The notes under the pieces: model-generated
What the model was told of the DNA's origin: nothing
What the model saw: the letters and a program-made list of their open reading frames with translations, nothing else
Databases searched by the model: none
Position numbers and translations under genes: made by a program
In this document: in pieces, positions 40,892 to 48,821 of the stretch
Layout: each line of letters opens with the position of its first letter
Position numbering within the stretch: the stretch's first letter is position 1
Assembly: GCA_002373935.1 (NCBI GenBank)
Contig: DFKW01000004.1
Coordinates: 27,704 to 91,703, forward strand
Reading direction: 5' to 3'
Length of the DNA stretch: 64,000 bases
Source of the DNA: Alphaproteobacteria bacterium UBA3635
Lineage (GTDB): Bacteria > Pseudomonadota > Alphaproteobacteria > Rs-D84

Positions 40892-40919
40892 AAAAAACGG
40901 CGAAAGCCGTTTTTTTATT
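40890..40919 (+). terminator. Intrinsic terminator
   Basis: aaaaaaaacggcgaaagccgttttttt. Confidence 0.7.
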
Positions 40920-40920
40920 C

Positions 40921-40944
40921 CAAAGTTCAAAGTTCAGAGTTCAC
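40921..40944. repeat. AGTTCAAAGTTCA-family dispersed repeat, copy 1
   Basis: caaagttcaaagttcagagttcac. A partial copy (gagttcagttg) lies at about 40975. Confidence 0.7.
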
Positions 40945-41195
40945 CCCGTCGCCCGTTAGGCTATGGGGCGCAGGCAGAGTTCAGTTGTTGTAACATTTAT
41001 TTCGTTCTCGGATATTCCCCGTCTTTTCTGTCGCAACGGAGCGCAAGCGCAGACAGACAAAAAGAAGGGGTGGCACGAAACCGCAACGCGGTTGAGTGAC
41101 GGGGCAGTTAATATTATTTTCACAAATACTACATCCAATGATAAATTAAAACTAGACAACGCAAAATTTTTTTCTATAATCAAAATACCTTTGTT

Positions 41196-41272
41196 GGATG
41201 TTTAGCTCAGTTGGCTAGAGCATCTGCTTTACACGCAGAGGGTCAGGGGTTCGAGTCCCTTAACATCCACCA
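41196..41272 (+). tRNA. tRNA-Val (TAC)
   Basis: GGATGTTTAGCTCAGTTGGCTAGAGCATCTGCTTTACACGCAGAGGGTCAGGGGTTCGAGTCCCTTAACATCCACCA. Anticodon loop TT-TAC-AC. Confidence 0.9.
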
Positions 41273-41291
41273 TCGTTTGGTTGTTTGTATT

Positions 41292-41323
41292 CCGCCCGGG
41301 TATCGCCTGGGCGGTTTTTTTTA
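41292..41323 (+). terminator. Intrinsic terminator after tRNA-Val
   Basis: ccgcccgggtatcgcctgggcgg plus a T8 tract. Confidence 0.75.
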
Positions 41324-41330
41324 CAGAGTG

Positions 41331-41357
41331 CAGTTTTCAGAGTTCAGAGTTCAGTTG
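41331..41357. repeat. AGTTCAAAGTTCA-family dispersed repeat, copy 2
   Basis: cagttttcagagttcagagttcagttg. Confidence 0.7.
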
Positions 41358-41371
41358 TGGCGTAATCAAAC

Positions 41372-41606
41372 AAAAACGCGGATGCGTTTTTGTCATCCTG
41401 AGCGGAGTGAGTCCAACTTGGCGGAACGCCAAAGCCGGACGAACGCAGTCGAAAGTGAGTCACCAATGGTGACGAACGCGGATCCAGGCATATTTGATGT
41501 CGGGCGTATACGCGCCAACAAATTTGTCTTTGCCAAACCTTAGATCCACGCGGTCTAACGACCGCTTTCGACTGGCGCTCAGGATGACAAAATGCTGGCG
41601 CATTTT
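41372..41606. repeat. About 200-bp multi-hairpin palindromic element with 13-bp terminal inverted repeats (MITE-like or structured ncRNA)
   Basis: TIR gtcatcctgagcg (41392-41404) pairs with cgctcaggatgac (41576-41588). Inner pairing cgcagtcgaaag with ctttcgactggcg. Internal hairpins gtcaccaatggtgac and ggcgtatacgcgcc. Flanking hairpins aaaaacgcggatgcgttttt and aaaatgctggcgcatttt. Confidence 0.5.
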
Positions 41607-41627
41607 GTCGGTTTGGCAAAAATATTC

Positions 41628-41657
41628 TTGCAATAAATAAATTCCATTTTCTATAAT
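41628..41657 (+). promoter_or_regulatory. Consensus-like sigma70 promoter (TTGCAA, 18-bp spacer, TATAAT)
   Basis: ttgcaa at 41628-41633, tataat at 41652-41657. The downstream leader carries the gggag/ctccc long-range pair and a cccgc...gcggg hairpin. Confidence 0.5.
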
Positions 41658-42108
41658 GACATCAGAAATCACCAGGGAGTTGATTTCGGAAAGGCACTTC
41701 AAAAGCCTGAACATAACCGGTGCAAAGTTTGCATCGTGACTCTCCCGCACTCGTCCGATTCGATTCGGCGGGGCTGTGTTTGTTGCATACATATTTTGCA
41801 CCGACATTTATTTGTCGATTTTTTTGATTTATAAATGTAAATTTTTATTCCCACTATGTGAACCCCATCGTTGTATTTGGCGGGGGTGCTGCATACAGTA
41901 ATGTATGTGGGATCATTGTTATGTTTGGTTTTTGAACACCCTAGCCGCGCTCTTCCTGATGATGGCGGTGTTTTTTTTGTGTTTTGTTTTACTGCGGGAT
42001 TTTTTCAAACCGAATCCAATTCCCAGTAAAAAAACTAAGGCCATAAAAAGTTCCGATAAAACAAAACACATCCACCGCACTAATAAAACAACGAACGGGG
42101 AGAAAGAA

Positions 42109-43644
42109 ATGAAAAAAATTTTATGTGCGATGTTGGGAATAATCGGGATGTTCATAACACCGGCTTACGCATTACCGGCGGGGTATACAGAGTTAGAGTA
42201 TATCAAATCCACCGGGACACAGTATATTGACGATATAATAAAACCTAATCAAAGATATTCATTTGAAATTAAATACAAGCATACTGTATCAGAAGGTTAT
42301 CAACCATTGTTTGCATTATACGATGGTACTTCAGGTTATTCGTATGGTTTTATGGAAGGTAGTGCAGAAAAAGGAAATTATGCCTATAGCGGCAATAGCG
42401 AAACTTTTACATTAGCATATGATACCAGCACTATATATACATTATATTACGATGGAATAAATAAAAAGGTGTTTCGTAATGGAACAGAAATTGTAGATTT
42501 TAGTGATACAACAGGTTTTTCTGGAACAACAGGTGTTGCACCAAGACTTTTCCAAATAAGAAACGGAGAACATTATAGTAGTACTTTTAGTTATTCGTTT
42601 AAAGGTTACGCATACAGTTTTAAGGTATACGATGATAATAATAATTTAGTTCGCAATATGATTCCTGCTAAACGCAACAGCGATAATGCGATTGGTATGT
42701 ACGATACGGTTGGCGGGCGGTTTTATGAAAATGCAGGTTCGGGTTCTTTCATTGCCGGCCCGGTTGCAGAAATCAAAGTTGCAACCACAAAGTATGTGGA
42801 AACGCAGTTTAGTGATTTGGGCACGCGGTTGGCGGCGGCGGTGGCGACAGTGAATACGGTCGTGACCCAGACGATTGCCCAGGCGGGGAGTATTGCAACT
42901 TTGCAGAGTGGCAAGCAAACCCGCCCAGATGAAACCTGTCCCGCCGGTAAAAAGTGCCTGCTGGTTGAGGGGACCGACGGCCAACCCCATTGGTATGAAA
43001 TATTTGACCCGATAAACCGCTGGTTAGAGGCATTTTTCAAAACAAACCCGAACGGACAACTTGTCGATGGTGGCGCAGATTTCCGCCGGTGGCAGGGTAA
43101 CCCAGATTTCCGCGAAACATATATTGATGGTTCAACATCGGTCTATGCCCGTCAATGGACGGCGGCATCGCCCGCACGCTCGATTGGTGGCTTGTATCAA
43201 ACATTGCCTGCGGGCGACATTGAAAACGCCGGCACATGGGCGGTTGAATTTGATGGCACCGAGGGCGACGGCGTAAACGCGGGCGCGGTGTATGGTATTG
43301 CAAAATGCACGTCTGTGGTGGGGACAATTGCCACAAAATTGACATCGGCGCAAGAGAGTGCGTTCTATACATTACCGGCACCGGTGGGTCAAACGGACAA
43401 TGCAAATTATCCGCGGGAAAACTTTAAAAACTGCTGGTGCAAGATGACGGCGGTGGGTGTGCCTGGTGCGGATGGAACGGCTGCAAACGGTTCTGTGTAC
43501 CCTGTAAATGCGTCGTCCTCTGCGTGGGTCTTCAGCCCCACGTTCGGTTCGGCCGCCGCTTGTGCGGGCAACTGTGCGTACGACTGCGCGTACCGCGTCC
43601 GTGCTAACGCAGATTTTAGAACCGCAGTTTTTGGTTTGGATTGA
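42109..43644 (+). CDS. Secreted protein: signal peptide, AT-rich lectin/ConA-like N-domain, GC-rich C-terminal region ending in the CWCK/CxxxCxYxCxY/DFR module
   Basis: RBS ggggagaaagaa then ATG; MKKILCAMLGIIGMFITPAYA. C-terminus ..NCWCKMTA..AWVF..AAACAGNCAYDCAYRVRANADFRTAVFGLD. ORF-track start 41905 is an upstream in-frame extension. Confidence 0.65.
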   Translation: MKKILCAMLGIIGMFITPAYALPAGYTELEYIKSTGTQYIDDIIKPNQRYSFEIKYKHTVSEGYQPLFALYDGTSGYSYGFMEGSAEKGNYAYSGNSETFTLAYDTSTIYTLYYDGINKKVFRNGTEIVDFSDTTGFSGTTGVAPRLFQIRNGEHYSSTFSYSFKGYAYSFKVYDDNNNLVRNMIPAKRNSDNAIGMYDTVGGRFYENAGSGSFIAGPVAEIKVATTKYVETQFSDLGTRLAAAVATVNTVVTQTIAQAGSIATLQSGKQTRPDETCPAGKKCLLVEGTDGQPHWYEIFDPINRWLEAFFKTNPNGQLVDGGADFRRWQGNPDFRETYIDGSTSVYARQWTAASPARSIGGLYQTLPAGDIENAGTWAVEFDGTEGDGVNAGAVYGIAKCTSVVGTIATKLTSAQESAFYTLPAPVGQTDNANYPRENFKNCWCKMTAVGVPGADGTAANGSVYPVNASSSAWVFSPTFGSAAACAGNCAYDCAYRVRANADFRTAVFGLD

Positions 43645-43709
43645 TGAAACTTGCATATTAGAAATATTTGGCTATAATCAAATCTGAACTGTAAAAAGGA
43701 TTTGGTATA

Positions 43710-45701
43710 ATGGCACAGAAATATTTAATTACATCGGCGTTGCCCTATGTGAACAATGTGTTACATATTGGGCATTTGATTGGATGTTTATTGCCAAGTG
43801 ATGTTTATGCGCGTTTCTGTCGCGCGTTGGGTCGCGATGTGTTATATATTGGTGGTTCTGATGAACATGGAACCCCGTCCGAGGTTGGTGCCCAAAAAGA
43901 AAATATGCCGGTCGAAGATTATGTCGAAAAATACCGCGCAAAACATCTGGACGCGGTGCGGGATTTTAATTTGTCTTTTGATTTATATGGTCGCACGCAT
44001 ACAAAATTGCACGAAAAATTAATTCATGAATTGTTTGAACGGTTGGACTCGATGGGTATGGTTTATGAAAAATCGTCAATGCAGCCGTATTCAATAAATG
44101 AAAAAAAATTCTTGGCGGACCGGTATGTTATTGGGACTTGCCCGCGGTGCGGATATGATGGCGCGTATGGGAACGAGTGCGATAAATGTGGCGCGTCACT
44201 GGACCCGGATCAATTGATAAATCCGCACAGTGCCGTTGACCCGTCGTCCCCGGTTGAAATGCGTGAAACAAAGCATTTGTATTTTAGATTAAGTGCCATG
44301 CAGGATAAATTACGCGCATGGATAAATTCACGCCAGGGGTGGCCAAAAACCGCAATCGCAATCGCAAATAAATGGTTGGACGAAGGACTGCGCGATAATC
44401 CAATTACTCGTGATTTGAAATGGGGAATTCCGGTTAATAAACCCGGTTTCGAAGACAAAGTTTTCTATGTTTGGTTTGATGCGCCGTGGGGTTATGTTTC
44501 AATTTCCCAGGCGGCAACGGACAATTGGGCCGATTGGTGGAAAAACCCGGATTGTAAATATGTGGAATTTATGGGCAAAGATAATGTATCTTTCCATTCT
44601 GTATTTTTCCCGGCCCAAGAATTGGCAATGGATGATGGATGGAAAACCGTCGATGTGTTAAAAGCGTTCAATTTTATGAATTTTAATGGTGAAAAAATTT
44701 CTAAATCACGCGGCAACGGTATATTTTTAGACAATGCGTTATCAATCGCGCCAAGTGATTGCTGGCGGTATGCGTTGCTGGCATCGGCACCGGAAACAGA
44801 CGATACCGATTTCACCGTGCAAAAATTTGCAGAAATCGTGAATAAAGATTTGAACGGTATGTTGGGGAACTTTGTTTCACGCGTTTGCAAACTGACCGAG
44901 AAAAATTTTGGATTGGTGGTCCCAAATCAAAGTTCAAAGTTCAAAGTTCAAAGTTCAGTTATAGCAGATAAAATAAACAAAAAATTAAACGATTTAACCA
45001 CTGCATTGGATCAATGCGAATTTCGTGCGGCGATTTTTGCGCTGCGTTCGCTGTATGCGATTGGTAATGAATATATGACGGAAACGGCACCTTGGGCATT
45101 GGTCAAAGACGGTAAAATGGACGATGCCGGTTCTGTGTTGAATAACTGTTTTCAAATGATTGATTTATTTGCACGCGTGTCGGCACCGTTTATGCCAACT
45201 ACCGCCGCAAAGATGCAAAATATTTTTGGCGCGACGCATGATTTGTCGTGGCCGACATGTTTTGAACACAGAATCGCAAACGGTGAAAAATTTGCCGTGC
45301 CGGAAAATCTGTTCGAAAGAATTGACGATGCGCGTGTCGCAGAAATCAACGAAAAATATTCGGCAAAGCCAAAAACAGCCGCCCCGGTTGTCGCAAAAAT
45401 TTTGGATATTAAATCACATCCCCGGCGCGATGATTTACACATTTTGACGGTGGACAGTGGCAACGACAAATTACAAATCGTTTGTGGTGCGCCAAATGTG
45501 CGCGTGGGGATGGTTGGGGTTTTGGCACCGGTTGGGTGCGTTTTACCGGGCATGACAAAACCATTGGCGGCGCGTAATGTCGGCGGGGTAAAATCCAATG
45601 GCATGATGTGCAGTGCGCAAGAATTAGGTGTTGGGGGGGATGCCACAAAAATTATTGAATTGGATGATACATATAAAATTGGTTCGGAATATAAAGGATA
45701 A
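43710..45701 (+). CDS. metG: Methionyl-tRNA synthetase with C-terminal tRNA-binding (EMAP/Trbp111-like) domain
   Basis: HIGH as NVLHIGHLIG, zinc knuckle CPRCGY..CDKCG, KMSKS as KISKSRGN, C-terminal tRNA-binding domain. Confidence 0.9.
   Translation: MAQKYLITSALPYVNNVLHIGHLIGCLLPSDVYARFCRALGRDVLYIGGSDEHGTPSEVGAQKENMPVEDYVEKYRAKHLDAVRDFNLSFDLYGRTHTKLHEKLIHELFERLDSMGMVYEKSSMQPYSINEKKFLADRYVIGTCPRCGYDGAYGNECDKCGASLDPDQLINPHSAVDPSSPVEMRETKHLYFRLSAMQDKLRAWINSRQGWPKTAIAIANKWLDEGLRDNPITRDLKWGIPVNKPGFEDKVFYVWFDAPWGYVSISQAATDNWADWWKNPDCKYVEFMGKDNVSFHSVFFPAQELAMDDGWKTVDVLKAFNFMNFNGEKISKSRGNGIFLDNALSIAPSDCWRYALLASAPETDDTDFTVQKFAEIVNKDLNGMLGNFVSRVCKLTEKNFGLVVPNQSSKFKVQSSVIADKINKKLNDLTTALDQCEFRAAIFALRSLYAIGNEYMTETAPWALVKDGKMDDAGSVLNNCFQMIDLFARVSAPFMPTTAAKMQNIFGATHDLSWPTCFEHRIANGEKFAVPENLFERIDDARVAEINEKYSAKPKTAAPVVAKILDIKSHPRRDDLHILTVDSGNDKLQIVCGAPNVRVGMVGVLAPVGCVLPGMTKPLAARNVGGVKSNGMMCSAQELGVGGDATKIIELDDTYKIGSEYKG
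44927..44959. repeat. AGTTCAAAGTTCA repeat (4 tandem units) inserted in frame within metG
   Basis: caaagttcaaagttcaaagttcaaagttcagtt encodes ..NQSSKFKVQSSVIADK.. in the anticodon-binding region. The reading frame is preserved. Confidence 0.75.
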
Positions 45702-45704
45702 AAT

Positions 45705-46058
45705 ATGGTTAAGAAAAATGTAAGACATCGTGAGGAAAATTATTATTCTGTGCGTGTGGTTGGCGAAAACAATCGTGATTTGTTTATTGTGCCATGGCAT
45801 GGAAATGTTGAATCTTTGGCGCGTGATGTAAATGAAATAACAAACAAAAAATGGACCCGGATTAAAGTTTTGAAATATACTCAATATGTCGATTTATATA
45901 AAAAATCCGGTTCGCCTATCGTTTGTCAGCGGCGCGCAATGTTAAAAATTGACCGTATGGGCAGTGGTTCTTTGTGTACCAAGGTTGATGAAAATTTAAT
46001 GCGAAATGGCGCGATACCGCAAAATATTTTGGCTTTCTTTGGCGAACATCAAAAATAA
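45705..46058 (+). CDS. Hypothetical protein (117 aa), low-GC
   Basis: RBS aaagga 7 bp upstream. No recognisable motif. Confidence 0.5.
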   Translation: MVKKNVRHREENYYSVRVVGENNRDLFIVPWHGNVESLARDVNEITNKKWTRIKVLKYTQYVDLYKKSGSPIVCQRRAMLKIDRMGSGSLCTKVDENLMRNGAIPQNILAFFGEHQK

Positions 46059-46074
46059 AAAAAAGGATACACCC

Positions 46075-46632
46075 ATGCCCAGACATAAAATCGTTTATAA
46101 ATATTCTTGTAAAATTTATTCGGTAAATTCACGCGATGCAAAAAATATAGATTTGCCGGAAAATATGTCCGGGGATGAATTTGCAAAAATTATCGAACGA
46201 CAAAATTTAATTGATGTCACAAAAATATCACTGGTGCGGACAAAGTGTGTTTATGATTTGCGCGCAAAAACACATAATAATTTTGTTGGGAAAAATACGG
46301 TATTAAATATCTATGTCGATGATACGGTGAGAACAGAACGCGATATTCGCAATATGCTGGAACGAAAATACAAATCAAATATATATGGCGTTCCAAACAC
46401 AAATACAAATTTACCGTTTGTTTTGACGCGGGTTATACCACAAACCAAATATGGGGTTGTTTATGGAACAGACTGTGAAAAATCATGGACAGAAAATCAC
46501 GCAACCGTTGAAAAACCAAATCCAAAACGCGATGTGATTATAAATCGGTCGGGGAAACAAATTTGGCCACGCAACACCGACGCGTTGCCTCGCGTTGTCC
46601 AAGAATTTTTTATCAAACGACAAAAGGACTAA
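46075..46632 (+). CDS. Hypothetical protein (185 aa), low-GC
   Basis: RBS aaaagga then ATG at 46075. The ORF-track start at 46006 is an extension overlapping the previous gene. Confidence 0.5.
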   Translation: MPRHKIVYKYSCKIYSVNSRDAKNIDLPENMSGDEFAKIIERQNLIDVTKISLVRTKCVYDLRAKTHNNFVGKNTVLNIYVDDTVRTERDIRNMLERKYKSNIYGVPNTNTNLPFVLTRVIPQTKYGVVYGTDCEKSWTENHATVEKPNPKRDVIINRSGKQIWPRNTDALPRVVQEFFIKRQKD

Positions 46633-46639
46633 TTTTAAC

Positions 46640-47347
46640 ATGGCAACAAAATATAAACTGTTTGGGGTTTTGCAAAATGGCGATAAACGTGCGTTGTTTA
46701 ACGGCGCAACTTTTTCACAAAAACAAAATGCGATAAAAAGATTAGAGACGGCGGCAAACAAAAATAAACTGTCCGAGTTTACAAAAATTATTTTCCAAGA
46801 AATTAAATTTTTTGAACGCGGACCAAATGTGGCAAAGTGGCCCGATGGTCAAACAACAGATATAACTTTTGATGTTATGGATGGAAAAATACCGTTGGAA
46901 AAAAATAAATCTGTGTTGATAAAACCACGGGTGGTGGTAAAAAAATCTGAAAAATTTGTGCGCTATTCTTATATTGAAAAATACGCAATTGCACATCGGT
47001 CGTCGATCAAATATTTGCCCAAAAATGTCGATGTGGTCGATTTTATTAAACGATTGCAAAAATTGGATTTCAAATATCTGAATTGCGTTTTGTTGGTGCG
47101 CGAGGTTTTTGATACAGATACAAACGATGCTATATTTTACGAACAAATGTTATATAACCCGGTGTATTTATTACATGACATGTCGGGAATTACAATCGGG
47201 GCGTTGAATACTAAACAAAATACAACCATACGCTATATCAACAAACGCGATTTGCCAATCACAAAAACTATTTTAAAACATTGGATAGATAATAGTGATA
47301 AAATCAATCCAAAACTGATAAAATTTTTGGGACAAAATGAACGATAA
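46640..47347 (+). CDS. Hypothetical protein (235 aa), low-GC, lysine-rich
   Basis: RBS aaaagga then ATG at 46640. Overlaps the queH start by 11 bp. Confidence 0.5.
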   Translation: MATKYKLFGVLQNGDKRALFNGATFSQKQNAIKRLETAANKNKLSEFTKIIFQEIKFFERGPNVAKWPDGQTTDITFDVMDGKIPLEKNKSVLIKPRVVVKKSEKFVRYSYIEKYAIAHRSSIKYLPKNVDVVDFIKRLQKLDFKYLNCVLLVREVFDTDTNDAIFYEQMLYNPVYLLHDMSGITIGALNTKQNTTIRYINKRDLPITKTILKHWIDNSDKINPKLIKFLGQNER

Positions 47348-47876
47348 ACGCCGCTTGGTTTTGATGTCTTGTTGTGCGCCGTGTTCTGCGGGCGCAATTC
47401 GTCAGTTGGCAGACGGCGCGGTGTCGGGCGTTGGTGATTTTATCGTTTTGTTTTATAATCCAAATATATATCCCGATTTCGAATACCAAAAACGATTGAC
47501 CGAACAAATTAAATACTGTGAAAAATTGGGTGTGAAATATGCGGTCGGCGATTATAATCACGACGCATGGCGGGAATGTGTGCGTGGGTTGGAGGATGCA
47601 CCCGAACGCGGCGCGCGATGCAGTAAATGTTTTGCATTTCGGTTTGCGTATGCACGCGAATTTGCCGCGCAACACGGATACGATGCCGTTGGGTCTGTGT
47701 TTGGTGTGTCGCGATTCAAAGACCAATCCCAGGTTGATGCCGCCGGGCGGGATGCGTGTGGCGAAATTATTTATATGCCAATCGATTGGGACGAAAGTTT
47801 GCGCCAAAAAATCAACCATGAATCCGATTTTTACCGGCAAAAATATTGCGGTTGCGAATTTTCCATGCGCAAATAA
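47337..47876 (+). CDS. queH: Epoxyqueuosine reductase QueH (DUF208)
   Basis: Hallmark CCAPCS N-motif, conserved CSKC, and C-terminal YCGCEFS. Confidence 0.8.
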   Translation: MNDKRRLVLMSCCAPCSAGAIRQLADGAVSGVGDFIVLFYNPNIYPDFEYQKRLTEQIKYCEKLGVKYAVGDYNHDAWRECVRGLEDAPERGARCSKCFAFRFAYAREFAAQHGYDAVGSVFGVSRFKDQSQVDAAGRDACGEIIYMPIDWDESLRQKINHESDFYRQKYCGCEFSMRK

Positions 47877-47941
47877 TAAAAATTTGATTTTTCGCGGATT
47901 TTTTCTATAATTTTTATAAATTTTAACAAAGGTAGAAAATT

Positions 47942-48817
47942 ATGTCATCGATATTTGTTTTTCCGGGTCAGGGCGCACAAATCGTTGGTATGGGTGCGGA
48001 ACTGTATAAAAACAACGCCGCGGCGCGTGCCGTGTTTGATGCGGTTGATGATGCTCTGTCGGAAAAATTGACCGATATTATTTTTAATGGTCCAATGGAA
48101 GATTTAACATTGACGCGCAATGTGCAACCGGCGATTATGGCGACATCGGTGGCGATGTTCCGGGCATCTGGATTGGATTTGCCTGAATTTGTTGCGGGGC
48201 ATTCTTTGGGTGAATATACCGCGTTATGTGTCGCCGGCGCGATTGATGTGGCGGATGCGGCACGATTGCTGCGCGCACGCGGGGATGCAATGCAAACGGC
48301 GGTGCCGGTGGGTGCAGGTTTGACATCGGTTGTGTTGGGATTGGATACGGATGTTGTTCGTAAAATTTGTGATGAATCCGGTTGTGATATTGCAAATGAT
48401 AACTGTCCTGGTCAGGTTGTGATTTCTGGATTAAAAGAAAATGTTGATGCCGCAAGTGAAAAATTAAAATCGGCGGGCGCACGGCGCGTTATGCCGCTTG
48501 CGCTTTCTGCGCCGGTGCATTGTCGGGTCCAAGAACCGGCGGCGGCGGCAATGCGTGATGCGTTTGCGCATGTGCAAATAAAACAACCAAATGCAAAATG
48601 GATTTCTAATAAAACATGTTCGGTAATTGATGACCCGGATGAAATAAAAAATGCGTTGATTTATCAAATGACGCATACTGTGCGGTGGCGCGAAAGTGTT
48701 TTGGAAATGGTGAATTTGGGTATTACCGATGCCGTGGAAATCGGGCCGGGAAATGTGTTGGGGGGACTGATTTCGCGCACCACAGATAAAATCAATGTTC
48801 AAAAGTTAGAGGTTTAA
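47942..48817 (+). CDS. fabD: Malonyl-CoA:ACP transacylase
   Basis: FVFPGQGAQ, active-site GHSLGEY, 291 aa. Confidence 0.9.
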   Translation: MSSIFVFPGQGAQIVGMGAELYKNNAAARAVFDAVDDALSEKLTDIIFNGPMEDLTLTRNVQPAIMATSVAMFRASGLDLPEFVAGHSLGEYTALCVAGAIDVADAARLLRARGDAMQTAVPVGAGLTSVVLGLDTDVVRKICDESGCDIANDNCPGQVVISGLKENVDAASEKLKSAGARRVMPLALSAPVHCRVQEPAAAAMRDAFAHVQIKQPNAKWISNKTCSVIDDPDEIKNALIYQMTHTVRWRESVLEMVNLGITDAVEIGPGNVLGGLISRTTDKINVQKLEV

Positions 48818-48821
48818 TTTC

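Noticed and set aside
41211-41619. Track ORFs of 110 aa and 91 aa overlapping tRNA-Val, its terminator and the palindromic element
   Set aside because: They overlap an RNA gene and a hairpin-rich repeat. The product composition is implausible. They are better explained as non-coding structured DNA or RNA.
41905-42108. N-terminal 68-aa extension of the secreted-protein ORF (MWDHCYVWFL...)
   Set aside because: There is no RBS upstream. A strong RBS and a classical signal peptide begin at 42109. The extension lies in the structured leader region.
44927-44959. Possible frameshift or pseudogenisation of metG by the repeat insertion
   Set aside because: The insertion is 33 nt, the reading frame is preserved, and all MetRS motifs downstream remain intact.
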